This document shows positions 47,545-57,871 of a stretch of 64,000 nt of DNA, piece after piece (the first letter of the stretch is position 1; each line of letters starts with the position of its first letter). The notes under the pieces were generated by a model. That model ran no database searches, had not been told where the DNA came from, and saw only the letters and a program-made list of their open reading frames with translations. This stretch comes from a virus. The stretch spans positions 258,571-322,570 of IMG/VR virus record IMGVR_UViG_3300010224_000001; one strand, given 5' to 3'. A program made the position numbers and the translations under genes.

Positions 47545-48507
47545 TTAATTCCCCTGTCCATAATTCGTATTACCCAACAGGATTTGTTGTGCTAGGTATT
47601 CTGAATAGACTTGCGGATAACCCCGAGTATAGTCATAGTTATCCGGGTCTGTTGACGCCATGATTGCAGTACGGTGTTGTTCGGCAATAATAAAGAGGGT
47701 ATCTTCGTTATCAACACCCGCATCTAACACGCGATACAGCAACTCAACGGTAAACGGTATGAACTCACCAGACATGGTTTTCCAGTTAGCAAGCACAGCA
47801 GTGTACGATAATGACTTACGGGCTGCATACCCGGCGAGTATAGAGTACTGACCACGATTGCTATCATCGGTCCAGAACCAACAATCTTTACCATTGACTG
47901 CAAGCTTGATACCTTGTGTTTTACGCAAGTCACGATATGCCTTAGCACGAGCCCACTGATCTAAACGACGCTGTTGCAAAGTCGGAGTAGGCCATGGCGT
48001 TATCAAGATGTTGAGAAAATCTTGACTAGGGCGATCGATAAGACTAACATCGATATTGCGAACCGCAGCCAAAGCAGGCGGAATAGCAGGCCAGGTAACA
48101 TTTAGCAGATCGACACTATTCGTAATATCGCGCAACGCTTGACGATAGATAGTCACGTACTTCTGCGCCACTACGTCAAGTGTGACCCAACGATCTGCTG
48201 TAGTGACTGCGTCGGTGGCTGCCAGTAATGGATCACGCATACTGCGTACCCAATTTAAGATCGCAGGTCGATTTGCCGACACTACTGAATCGATACTGGC
48301 TGAATTGATACCTTTAGCTCTAGCAGCAGCGATACGCAAGAAGACTACATTCGAATGTGGAGACCATTCGTTAAATTTACTAAGTTGATCATCAGTTTGG
48401 GATAACAAACCTGTCACCGCATTACCCCAAGTATCTTGGAGTTGAATCAAGTCGACGGCAGTGTTTGTTGTAATATCACAAACCAGATACCAATTAGGAT
48501 TAAGCAT
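47545..48507 (-). CDS. tail-fibre assembly chaperone with a DUF4376-like domain
   Basis: VRSMRD.LL..TD...YRQALRDIT...VTWP and WKT..G.F motifs. Confidence 0.75.
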   Translation of the reverse strand: MLNPNWYLVCDITTNTAVDLIQLQDTWGNAVTGLLSQTDDQLSKFNEWSPHSNVVFLRIAAARAKGINSASIDSVVSANRPAILNWVRSMRDPLLAATDAVTTADRWVTLDVVAQKYVTIYRQALRDITNSVDLLNVTWPAIPPALAAVRNIDVSLIDRPSQDFLNILITPWPTPTLQQRRLDQWARAKAYRDLRKTQGIKLAVNGKDCWFWTDDSNRGQYSILAGYAARKSLSYTAVLANWKTMSGEFIPFTVELLYRVLDAGVDNEDTLFIIAEQHRTAIMASTDPDNYDYTRGYPQVYSEYLAQQILLGNTNYGQGN

Positions 48508-48528
48508 GATTAGTATCTCTTTTAAAAG

Positions 48529-49614
48529 TTAAGTGGGAGTTAGAGTCACATAACCACCCGTAGGAACCGAAACCGAATAACCAGTCGTCGAATACGTTAA
48601 GGTAGTTGGGGTAGGCGACACTTCGTACGCTAACGATCCAACGTCGCCACCTGGGAAAGTCACTCCAGCTATCACCACCGGAGGAGCAGCTGTACCAGGA
48701 ACAGTGGGATTATAGTTAGCATTGCCAGGAACTATTGGATTATAATTGGCCGTACCTGGTGTCGTGGGGTTATAGTTAGCAGTACCAGGGGTGGTTGGAT
48801 TATAATACGCTGTACCCGGCGTTGACGGATTGTAATAAGCCGTTCCTGGTACAGTAGGATTGTAGTATGCTGTACCTGCCGAATACGGGTTGTAGTTGGC
48901 ATTGCCTGGTGTAGACGAATTCGTGTATCCATACGACGGATTGGTATATGCCGGGGTATAGTTTCCAGGATTGGTTGTACCTGGTGTGCTAGTAGCAGGA
49001 TTGGTATATCCGGCTGTATAGACATCGCATACCTTAAAAGGTTGACCATTGTCATCGTAATCGTAGCCAGTGGTCCAACCAACTGGACACGTCTGCGTCA
49101 TTGCAACAGACATGGTCTGATACGAGTCCGGAACATAGTTACCAGGGGAGTATGTTGGGTCGTTAGTATTGCCAGGAGTATAACTCGCCGGAACATAGTT
49201 ACCAGGGGTTGTACTGTAGTTACCTGGAATGCTCGGATTATATCCAGCTATATTCCCACCTGAGGGAGGATTAGTTCCGGCATAATTACCGCCCGTAGTT
49301 GGATTGGTTCCAGCATAGTTACCCGGCACTGTGGGATTTGTGCCAGCATAGTTACCTGCTACCGGCGGATTGTAATTGGCAATATTACCAGGTGTATCGG
49401 GATTAGTGGATGCATAATTACCACCTGTACTAGGATTGGTATACGCATAATTCCCACCTGTAGGTGAATTACCAGTACCACCTCGACCGTTGATCTTTAT
49501 AAGAGTTTTGCCATATGGCGGGTAGAACGTACCTGGAGCATTAAACGTCGTTGCAAGTTTATTTGCTGCATTGGTTCGCTCTCGACGTAATAGTTGAGAT
49601 AATTTCATGTTCAA
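48529..49614 (-). CDS. fibre-tip/adhesin-like protein with symmetric N/P/G/Y/T repeats
   Basis: 7 x 11-aa and 7 x 10-aa repeats around a Cys-flanked loop; directly downstream of the fibre gene. Confidence 0.65.
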   Translation of the reverse strand: MNMKLSQLLRRERTNAANKLATTFNAPGTFYPPYGKTLIKINGRGGTGNSPTGGNYAYTNPSTGGNYASTNPDTPGNIANYNPPVAGNYAGTNPTVPGNYAGTNPTTGGNYAGTNPPSGGNIAGYNPSIPGNYSTTPGNYVPASYTPGNTNDPTYSPGNYVPDSYQTMSVAMTQTCPVGWTTGYDYDDNGQPFKVCDVYTAGYTNPATSTPGTTNPGNYTPAYTNPSYGYTNSSTPGNANYNPYSAGTAYYNPTVPGTAYYNPSTPGTAYYNPTTPGTANYNPTTPGTANYNPIVPGNANYNPTVPGTAAPPVVIAGVTFPGGDVGSLAYEVSPTPTTLTYSTTGYSVSVPTGGYVTLTPT

Positions 49615-49631
49615 CCTATCCAGTGTGGAAA

Positions 49632-49659
49632 AGACGAGTCAGGGTTAACTGACTCGTCT
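49632..49659 (-). terminator. hairpin terminator
   Basis: AGACGAGTCAG/CTGACTCGTCT followed by TTT. Confidence 0.75.
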
Positions 49660-49665
49660 ATCCGG

Positions 49666-52600
49666 TTACTTGGCGTCTTGAATTGCTAAGGACCCGTAAT
49701 ACGTACCGTTGTCGTATAAGAAGGTCCAGATATCCACAGCACCATTGGTTGTTGTACGAGGCGGAACATTACCGCCTGCCCATTTGATCGTATTACCAAA
49801 AGCCATCGCTAAACTATCAGCACCGTTTGTGACACGCATACTGAAGCTGAACGTTTCATTGTTCAAAGGCGGTGGGTTAGTGAAGGTAATCGTTGAGTTA
49901 GCAGTTAACGACACTTCCATCATGGTGGCTTGATCGCCGGTATTAAGATCGATATTAATCGATCCATTCGCAGTGACCGCGCGAGTACGGTCTTTACCAG
50001 CTACTAAAGCCGAACCACCGTTAACTGATTGATACACTAAGCATAACGTTGCTGTGCCTTTACCCACGAACACCGCAGTATCGCCAACCGAGGTTTGAAT
50101 ATTCGCGCCCGTCGGTAACAGCAGTGAAGCGCCATTGGTTAAGGTTAAGCGACCAGCAAAGCGTACGAAACGGAATGCACCGTCAGCTAACGTGATAGCA
50201 GTAATGGTGGTCGTGCCGGTGACTTCAACCATGTTACTGGTTGTGCTATTGAAGTTAACAGTAGCAGCACTTGCGATTGTGCCGAACGGAACCAGACCTA
50301 ACACGCCCAGCATTGTATCGCCAGCTTTGTTAATCGGATCGAAACCTAAGTTACCCTCAAGTATCGCCCAGTTAGCAGTGGTTTGACCAGGAGCGTCGAC
50401 TAAAGCACGGACGGTGTCGCCAACATTGACAGCTTTACCACCTAATGTACCAGCGACTGATACTAACCAAGTGTTGCCGCGTTTAATAGCGTTCGATGTA
50501 CCCGTACCGCCAGTAGATGGGAAGGCATTAACCGAAGCATCATAATTACCACAATCGATCCAGGTATTAGTTGCGACGCCAGCAGCTACGCTATCCACCA
50601 AGGTCTTCACCGCTTGCGTAGTAGGATACTTAGTGTTATCCAGCACGCTGAAGTCACTGGCTTTATTCGACAACGATTCTTTAGCGTTAAGTGCAGTTTG
50701 CTGTGCAGTCGATACAGGTTTGTTGGCGTCGGAGGTATTACTAACCTGGTCCAACGACAGCATCGTTTTAACCGTGCTAGCTGCCAGGCTTTCAATGTTA
50801 CCATTGCCTGCCGAGTTACGGCCTAAGAACGTAGCTGTGGTGATCTGTTGCATCTTACCGAACGTTACTGCGTTACCAGAGATCGCCGTCACAAACGTAC
50901 CAGTACCAGAACCTTGCACATCTCCGGTTAAGGTAATGGTTTGGTCGCCAGTGTTGATACCACTGTTGGTACCAGTGATATCCGACAGCAATGCCACTTG
51001 ACCATCTTTATCCGGGTAAGTGTAAGTACGCGATGCAGTGTTGCTATGCTGCATATACGACGTATTCGCACCAGTCGAATTCTTAAAGTTGATCTTGTAA
51101 CCAGTTAAGCCGACAAAACCATCAGATGCATCTTTAACGTTAGGATTAACCGGAGTATAACCTAACGCTGTGGCCACCATGGTGGAGGTGATGCCGGAGA
51201 TGTAACCAGCCGGGTTGGTAGCGTTATACGGAACATAACCGATGTTAGATTCCAACACGTCCCAGTTAGTTGCAGTCTGACCCGGTGCATCTACCAGTGC
51301 TCGGAAGCTATCGCCAACGTTAACGATTTTACCGCCTAACGAACCTGCTACTGACACGAAGAACAAGTTACCTTTAACAATCGTACCACTCGCACCAGTA
51401 CCGCCAGTCGTCGGGAAAGTATTACCAGAAGCATCCCAGCTACCGCAGTCAACAACTACGTTCGTCAAACGACCATCACAGTAGTTCTTCACTGCTAACG
51501 TGGTAGGGTATTTAACGTTGTCAAGAACCGTAAAGTCTACTACTTTGTTTGACGTATTCTCTTTAGCATTTAAAGCAGTTTGTTGCGCTGCGCTGACTGG
51601 CTTATTTGCGTCCGATGTATTGTTAACTTGGTCAATCGTCAGCAGTGTTTTAACTTGCGACGTTGTCATTGATTCCACGTTACCCGTAGCAGCAGTCGTA
51701 CGACCTAAGAAACTTGCAGTCGGGATTTGTGCTAACTTTGCCAATGATACGGCATTGTCATTAAGAGTAACCGGAATCGTCGTCGTACCACTACCGCTAG
51801 CATCACCAGTGAGTGTAATAGTTGGAGGGCCTGGGTAGTTAGCAACGACATCATCAATCATTGCAACCGTACCGTCTTTATCCGGCAGAGTGTAGGTACG
51901 ACTAGCTGTGTTGGTGTTCGACAGAATCGACAGGACCGTGCCAGCATTATTCATCAGGTTAAGAGCAAAACCTGTTAATCCAGCAACACCACTGCTTGCG
52001 TTTCGATCACCTGGACCTAACGGCGTATAGGTTAACGCAGTTGCTATCATCTCACTGGTAATGCCAGAAATGTAGCCAGATGGGTTAGTGGCATTGTAAG
52101 GCACGTAACCAATGTTGGATTCCAGCACCGACCAATTAGCTGCAGTCTGACCAGGATTATCAACCATAGCTCTAAACGAGTCACCAACATTAACTGGCGT
52201 ACCGCCTAATGTACCCGGAGTACTGACGTACCAGAAGTTACCTTTGGTGATTGCGCCACCTACGCCAGAGCCACCGGTAGTAGGCCACGTATTCGTACTT
52301 GCATCATAGTTACCGCAGTCACGGATCACACCGACCATGGTGTTGTCAACGTAGAACTTAACCGCTTGCACCGTAGGGTACAAAGTGTTATTGACTACAG
52401 CAAAGCTCGTGACTTTATTCGCAGTATCCTCAGCCGCAGTGATGTTGAGCTTATTGAGGATAGAACCCGTCGTTTCATCGCCCGTATTAATCCCGGCAAT
52501 GGCTTGGATTTGCAGCTTGGCTAAGATCGTAGCTTGAGTCTCGTCACCGGTATTCGTGCCACTTAAGTTTGTCGGAAGATCAGAAGTCAATGCAACAATA

Positions 52601-53097
52601 CCCGACTTATCCGGCATCGTCCAAATACGAGTATCTGTACTGGCCGTGGTTAAGTAGTTCGTCGTGGTATCAGTGACGTTACGCATCACTATCCGCATAC
52701 CACTTAAACCAGCGTACCCATTCGCTTTGTTCTTATTCAACGGATCTTCTTTGGCGTTGATCGTTGATAATGCATTAGAAATAGCTACAGCTTGCGGCTG
52801 CGAGACTGGCTTTTCTAAGTCAGGTGTATTATCGACTCGTTCCAAGCCAATGTTGGTTTTAGCATTAGCCTTCTCTTCATCGGTGTAGGTTACAACGGCA
52901 TCGACTCGTAAAGACGCGCCTTGATTAACCGCCACAATCTGGTCAATAATACTGCGGGCAACCTTAGCCACCTTAGCAATACTAGGCACCGGACCATTTG
53001 CGGTTTGCACATCGGTATTCTCGTCGCCATTTGCAAACTGGCCGACTTTAGTCATGCTGTCGCGAAATGCGATAATTTCATTGTCAAGTTGCGACAT
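49666..53097 (-). CDS. long tail fibre with three internal knob repeats
   Basis: 3 x DCG.(Y/W)DAS...TGG.G...VNVGD..RA.VD.PGQT..NW..LE; V.NTSD.NKPVS repeats. Confidence 0.85.
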   Translation of the reverse strand: MSQLDNEIIAFRDSMTKVGQFANGDENTDVQTANGPVPSIAKVAKVARSIIDQIVAVNQGASLRVDAVVTYTDEEKANAKTNIGLERVDNTPDLEKPVSQPQAVAISNALSTINAKEDPLNKNKANGYAGLSGMRIVMRNVTDTTTNYLTTASTDTRIWTMPDKSGIVALTSDLPTNLSGTNTGDETQATILAKLQIQAIAGINTGDETTGSILNKLNITAAEDTANKVTSFAVVNNTLYPTVQAVKFYVDNTMVGVIRDCGNYDASTNTWPTTGGSGVGGAITKGNFWYVSTPGTLGGTPVNVGDSFRAMVDNPGQTAANWSVLESNIGYVPYNATNPSGYISGITSEMIATALTYTPLGPGDRNASSGVAGLTGFALNLMNNAGTVLSILSNTNTASRTYTLPDKDGTVAMIDDVVANYPGPPTITLTGDASGSGTTTIPVTLNDNAVSLAKLAQIPTASFLGRTTAATGNVESMTTSQVKTLLTIDQVNNTSDANKPVSAAQQTALNAKENTSNKVVDFTVLDNVKYPTTLAVKNYCDGRLTNVVVDCGSWDASGNTFPTTGGTGASGTIVKGNLFFVSVAGSLGGKIVNVGDSFRALVDAPGQTATNWDVLESNIGYVPYNATNPAGYISGITSTMVATALGYTPVNPNVKDASDGFVGLTGYKINFKNSTGANTSYMQHSNTASRTYTYPDKDGQVALLSDITGTNSGINTGDQTITLTGDVQGSGTGTFVTAISGNAVTFGKMQQITTATFLGRNSAGNGNIESLAASTVKTMLSLDQVSNTSDANKPVSTAQQTALNAKESLSNKASDFSVLDNTKYPTTQAVKTLVDSVAAGVATNTWIDCGNYDASVNAFPSTGGTGTSNAIKRGNTWLVSVAGTLGGKAVNVGDTVRALVDAPGQTTANWAILEGNLGFDPINKAGDTMLGVLGLVPFGTIASAATVNFNSTTSNMVEVTGTTTITAITLADGAFRFVRFAGRLTLTNGASLLLPTGANIQTSVGDTAVFVGKGTATLCLVYQSVNGGSALVAGKDRTRAVTANGSINIDLNTGDQATMMEVSLTANSTITFTNPPPLNNETFSFSMRVTNGADSLAMAFGNTIKWAGGNVPPRTTTNGAVDIWTFLYDNGTYYGSLAIQDAK

Positions 53098-53105
53098 GAT
53101 ATTCC

Positions 53106-53603
53106 TTATGGTTTCTCTGCAAACATGGGAGGTAAAGTAACGTTAATGAACGTTGCTAAGTTATCCGCCTCTTTTGGAATGCCTGACAATAGAGAGACTT
53201 GAACGTTACCTAACCATACCAGTGAAGTTGATACAGCGCTTAAGGCAAACGTTTTCACTACACCGTTTTCCATGGCTGGAAGTTCGGTAAGTGTTAAGTC
53301 TTCCGGTGTCATTTGACAAGTCTTATCTTGATTGATAATGTCACACAACACTTGCAATGTGAATGGATCCTCTTGCATGTATTCAAGAGTAGGTCCTAAT
53401 TCAATCATGTTAGTGCGTGTGTAATAGATATTCACAGCACCGATGTATTCGCCTGCAGGTCGTGCAGTCACTGTCAATCGTGTATTCCACTTCTCTTCAG
53501 GATCGCTTGTTACATTTTCAAATGCAATATTCGCGCGTGTAAGTGGAAATACGGGTGTATTCTTCTCGTCGATCATGTCAACGATACGGTCAAAGCTTGA
53601 CAT
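53106..53603 (-). CDS. phiKZ-like virion structural/fibre adaptor protein
   Basis: WNT...EY.G...YYTR; paralog of 46440..46946. Confidence 0.7.
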   Translation of the reverse strand: MSSFDRIVDMIDEKNTPVFPLTRANIAFENVTSDPEEKWNTRLTVTARPAGEYIGAVNIYYTRTNMIELGPTLEYMQEDPFTLQVLCDIINQDKTCQMTPEDLTLTELPAMENGVVKTFALSAVSTSLVWLGNVQVSLLSGIPKEADNLATFINVTLPPMFAEKP

Positions 53604-53745
53604 GCTGTACCTCCTTTAATAGCAACACGCAATTGAATAGGTTTATTCTCTCGCAACAAATCTATTCAATCGCTCAGCTTAAAGTATTTTTTTACTTTTA
53701 TAGATACAAAATAAAAAGGAGGAGCCTAAGCCCCTCCTCGGATGA

Positions 53746-54369
53746 TTATGCTTGGATAAAGTTAGACTGGGTAGACGACGTGCTGAACAGGGCTGGATCT
53801 TGATAATCGAAACCATCTAACAGGTTAGTATTAATCACGATGCCAATATCTGTCTTCGCTAAATCAAAGCCACTTAACAGATCAACCGGTAAGTAAGTGG
53901 CTAAGTCGATCTTATTACCTTTGAGAGAAAGGTTAAGCTTGCCACGCCAAACATACGAGTCAGGAGCAGCTTTCAGGGTAAACAGACGACCTGAATAATA
54001 CTGCGTATCCACCGGAACCGATGGTAACGGTTCGTTAATGTAGTCTTCTGGCTGAAGGTTAATCGAATACGCTGTGTTGATGTCTGGAATCAGTTGCGAG
54101 ATGTACTGTGCTTCTTTATTATCGAACTCAGTACTACGGCCTCGTGGGATATCGGACATATCAACTCGGTTATACGTCAGGTCACGTAAACCGGTATAAC
54201 GCGAACCAGGTGCAGCATAGATCGTTACAGAAGTATTGCGCGATGCATTGAGTAATTCGGAGACAGGTCCGAAAATAATGTCACCCGGCTCTACTAACCC
54301 AATGTCGTTGGTTAAGTTAATTAGGTCTGTAACAATATCCAGCGGCATCTTAGTAAAATCAGTTGCCAT
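53746..54369 (-). CDS. phiKZ-like virion structural protein (same family)
   Basis: LIN..N, RNT, Y.G...YNR, IN..Y.I.L...D, S.VW.G. Confidence 0.7.
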   Translation of the reverse strand: MATDFTKMPLDIVTDLINLTNDIGLVEPGDIIFGPVSELLNASRNTSVTIYAAPGSRYTGLRDLTYNRVDMSDIPRGRSTEFDNKEAQYISQLIPDINTAYSINLQPEDYINEPLPSVPVDTQYYSGRLFTLKAAPDSYVWRGKLNLSLKGNKIDLATYLPVDLLSGFDLAKTDIGIVINTNLLDGFDYQDPALFSTSSTQSNFIQA

Positions 54370-54456
54370 CGGAAATCCTTAAAGTAAGACTAAGTTAAAA
54401 GAAACACTGTCGATAGTCTAGCATAAGATATTGCCAGGTCCCGACAGTGGTTTCAG

Positions 54457-55833
54457 TTAAGAGGTCGTGTTTTGGTCCTCATCTTCAAGCGGTCTAACGA
54501 ACACACCGAGCATCGATGAGGTGATGTGACGATGTGAAGTAATGCCTCGTTCGCGACGGCTAATAAAGCCATGCTCCATCAATAACGTACCGTACAATTC
54601 CTTAATATCGTCTCCATCCAAATACATGATTTTGACAGGCATACCTGGATAAAGAACATCACGTTTTGCATTTTCCCACACCAAGGAAATGAGGCTACCT
54701 TGACGTAGTGCGAGTGATGAGTATTCGACGTACGGATTATCGGTGATAGGGTTTCGACTCAAGGTAACGAGGTTGTTACCATTCTTACGATCTTCGGACA
54801 CGAATTCACTATTGGTATTACCACGACTTGCCATCGTCTTATTACCTTTCGTGACGGTGAACTGATCCATCATTTGCGAAGCGTCAGTAAACCTTACCCC
54901 GTTACCGGCATTTAACTGTATCACGTTGCTTTGATCGCGGAACTTTACTTGACCTGTCGAAATAACAACGAGATTGTCGCCGTCTAGTCGATAGGTGCGT
55001 TCAATTCCTGGAAAACGATTGGGTGGAACGTTGATGATCGTTAAGGTCTTGTGAACCTTATTGAATCTCGTCACATCAAAACAGGGGAACACATACCAGT
55101 AATCTCGAGTGAGATAATGGCCAAGACCTGAGTTGTAAATACCGCCACACTTGAAGTGGACATGTTCAGGAAGACTCATGATAGGTAAGCCATGAGGGAT
55201 AACAATGTGGTCACGCTTCTTTTGATTCGAAGCAGTTACCATATCGATTCCTTGGATCATCTTATCCTGACTTACCTTTACTTCCTTAGACTTCATCGAT
55301 AACAATCCTTTGATTACATTCTCACCAGTGACATTGCGGTAGATACCACCGACTGACACCATGCGAATCTTTTCTAAGAACTTATCGACTAATTGGAACG
55401 TCACCTCGTAAGCACCAGACAAGTTTAATGCCGTCTCATCTGGTGTATTACGTGATGACATCTCAATAATGGGATTACCGGTATCGATGAGTGTTGCCGT
55501 GAACCTCTCAACAGTAATCTGCGCCTCTTGATCAATACTGTCATCGGTCTCACCGATTGGAGTACAAATCAATGTAATGTCAAGCTGATCCAAATAGGGA
55601 TAGATCCGCACCGCATATGTACCTGCCGGAATCAGTAAGGTAACATGATGCTCTACTGCGTAGTTATTCAGATAATCGTTTTTGACGTCGATCGAAATAA
55701 CTGCTAACGGAATGATCGGTGTGTCACTATCCCCAACATGAATCTGCGCAGTCCAGTATTGATGAACAGGCTTCTCACCGCTCGTGACAATCTTTTGGAT
55801 TTCACGGTAAAGTGAAGACTGATCTATTTCCAT
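54457..55833 (-). CDS. conserved phiKZ-like virion structural protein (gp101-like position; possible baseplate hub)
   Basis: GGIY..GLG.Y and W......LYPGMP motifs; synteny. Confidence 0.6.
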   Translation of the reverse strand: MEIDQSSLYREIQKIVTSGEKPVHQYWTAQIHVGDSDTPIIPLAVISIDVKNDYLNNYAVEHHVTLLIPAGTYAVRIYPYLDQLDITLICTPIGETDDSIDQEAQITVERFTATLIDTGNPIIEMSSRNTPDETALNLSGAYEVTFQLVDKFLEKIRMVSVGGIYRNVTGENVIKGLLSMKSKEVKVSQDKMIQGIDMVTASNQKKRDHIVIPHGLPIMSLPEHVHFKCGGIYNSGLGHYLTRDYWYVFPCFDVTRFNKVHKTLTIINVPPNRFPGIERTYRLDGDNLVVISTGQVKFRDQSNVIQLNAGNGVRFTDASQMMDQFTVTKGNKTMASRGNTNSEFVSEDRKNGNNLVTLSRNPITDNPYVEYSSLALRQGSLISLVWENAKRDVLYPGMPVKIMYLDGDDIKELYGTLLMEHGFISRRERGITSHRHITSSMLGVFVRPLEDEDQNTTS

Positions 55834-56498
55834 TCTATCCCGCCAATCGTTCTATCAAAGGCAAAGGTCTCTACCTTGTGCTTATGGAAGACAGAACTCA
55901 TGCTTGGGTAATCGCTCTCTTCCTTCTTCTTGACTTCTTCGGTAGCGGCAGGAATTTCACCTGCGGCTTGCGCACGACGACGTTCTTGTTTCTCTGACGA
56001 TTCGACGAAAGCATTTCTGGACATCAAACCACCCAGACGACGCTTCTGACGATACAGACCAAACAGAGAAGTCGCAGTCTCTTTCGAGAACAGACTCTTC
56101 GCCGGACCATACACCACCGCTGCGAATTTATCTAAACGAATCAATTCATCAATCGTCTCTTGCGGTACACGGTTATTACCAGCGTTCTCAAAGAAGTAAC
56201 GCCAGGCGATTAAATGGTCACGAATGTATTCGTACACTGTCTTGGTATCAGCATAGCGTTGTAAGCGGATGCTGTAACCACGGTTAAAGATGTCTTCCAT
56301 CTCCGCGATCGACAGCATACGCAGCGGCCACTCCTTACTCATTTCTTGATCGATTAATGGATCACCTGTTGTTGGCATACCGAAGCGACGAATATCTTCA
56401 ACGCTCGTGGTAGCCATCAGTGGTGCCTTGCAGAGAAAACGCGGATGGAACAGATACCACACTGTCGGCCGGTTAGCTTTATCAGTTACGACTCCCAT
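55824..56498 (-). CDS. conserved phiKZ-like protein (gp100-like position)
   Basis: Synteny within the core structural block. Confidence 0.55.
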   Translation of the reverse strand: MGVVTDKANRPTVWYLFHPRFLCKAPLMATTSVEDIRRFGMPTTGDPLIDQEMSKEWPLRMLSIAEMEDIFNRGYSIRLQRYADTKTVYEYIRDHLIAWRYFFENAGNNRVPQETIDELIRLDKFAAVVYGPAKSLFSKETATSLFGLYRQKRRLGGLMSRNAFVESSEKQERRRAQAAGEIPAATEEVKKKEESDYPSMSSVFHKHKVETFAFDRTIGGIEWK

Positions 56499-57859
56499 TA
56501 CATTCTCCTAATGGCAGAACGAATTAAAATCAGCAATACTGGGATTTGATAGAATTGGTCTAACGGACCCCAGTTACTGCAGGTTAAGGTCAGTTCTAAC
56601 AGAGCCGGAATGTCAAGGGCGTAGTCGTTTAAGAAACGCTTGGCTTGAATCTCCAATGCAGAGAGACCAACATTCCAATTCTTATAAAAAGATTCTGAGA
56701 AAACGTAGTAATCGTTAAAGCGATTAATACCAGGGACATCACGTTGCGGTAAGCCTGGCAATTCCGTAATCGTAATTAACTTACCTAAGTCCGTCTCTCG
56801 AGTACTCACACTTTGAATCTGCCAATCCGACAGCGTCTTGTCTTTCAGGATGCGAATATCATCTTCAGAGCGCTGCGGGTCGCGTGGATATACCACGTAC
56901 TTCACGCCGGAGTAACGCACCGAATCCATCATCGGATCACGGGTGAAAGTAGCCGAGGACATCAGACCCATCTTGGTAGCGGCAGTCTTAAGACGGAACG
57001 GCTTCTTAGCAATTAACGCATCCCAGATCGTTGGCGTCTTTAACGAATCATCGTCACTGACGTTGAGTTCTCTGACATACTTCACGAGTTGACTATCTTG
57101 ACTACCAAACACTGACAGAACAGCTTTCGTCAAGAACGGATCGTAGATTGGGAATGTTTGCCCTGGTAACAACAGCGTGCGATATTCATTACTTACGAAA
57201 CGTCTAAAGTAATCTTTAGCAATCTCGTCGTACAAGCTGTCTAACTGCTGAAGCTGCACATATTCGCTCTTAGCGATCAGCGGATTTTGACCATAGGTAA
57301 GAAAGTCAGAGACGTAAACTAACTCTTCAACAGTCTTTTCAGTTAAGTCTTGCAGACGATCATCGCTCAACCAATCGATTAAGATGTAGTCGATAATCCA
57401 ACCGGCTTCTTCGTAAATTGAACGCTGTTCCGATAAGGTCACCCGAAATACCGCGGAGCGACCATTTAAAAGTTCCGCAACGAAGATATCGTCTTCATTC
57501 GGAATCACCCCACACGGATAGACATTCGACTGACCAGTGATGGTAAGTGCTTTAACGTTCTGATCTTGCGTCGGTGGCGTAATCGGCGTCGTAACCTTTA
57601 GCTCGAAGTTAGTGATGTGTTTGTATTGCTGGAACACTGCATCACGATCAAGGTTTTGCATTGCCACAGCGTTGTCGCGTGCTAACACTTGGCTGTAGTA
57701 ACTTACAGTCCACGACGAACCTTCAACGTGCGTCAGTAAAGAACGTAACGGCGTATAGCGGGTATCTTGCGCAACACCTTGATAACTCACCGGTGCGACC
57801 TTAATCGGGTTCGGTTGCGGTGTCGGCGGTGCAGAAGGAGAATCATTAATAATCGGCAT
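56498..57859 (-). CDS. conserved phiKZ-like virion structural protein (gp99-like position)
   Basis: LL..VEG..W.V.YY.Q, YDPFL, YVFS..FY, FY..P.L. Confidence 0.65.
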   Translation of the reverse strand: MPIINDSPSAPPTPQPNPIKVAPVSYQGVAQDTRYTPLRSLLTHVEGSSWTVSYYSQVLARDNAVAMQNLDRDAVFQQYKHITNFELKVTTPITPPTQDQNVKALTITGQSNVYPCGVIPNEDDIFVAELLNGRSAVFRVTLSEQRSIYEEAGWIIDYILIDWLSDDRLQDLTEKTVEELVYVSDFLTYGQNPLIAKSEYVQLQQLDSLYDEIAKDYFRRFVSNEYRTLLLPGQTFPIYDPFLTKAVLSVFGSQDSQLVKYVRELNVSDDDSLKTPTIWDALIAKKPFRLKTAATKMGLMSSATFTRDPMMDSVRYSGVKYVVYPRDPQRSEDDIRILKDKTLSDWQIQSVSTRETDLGKLITITELPGLPQRDVPGINRFNDYYVFSESFYKNWNVGLSALEIQAKRFLNDYALDIPALLELTLTCSNWGPLDQFYQIPVLLILIRSAIRRM

Positions 57860-57871
57860 GATATTCTTTCG

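Noticed and set aside
48690-49470. CRISPR-like or DGR repeat array
   Set aside because: The repeats are in-frame coding units with synonymous variation; there are no spacers, cas genes or reverse transcriptase.
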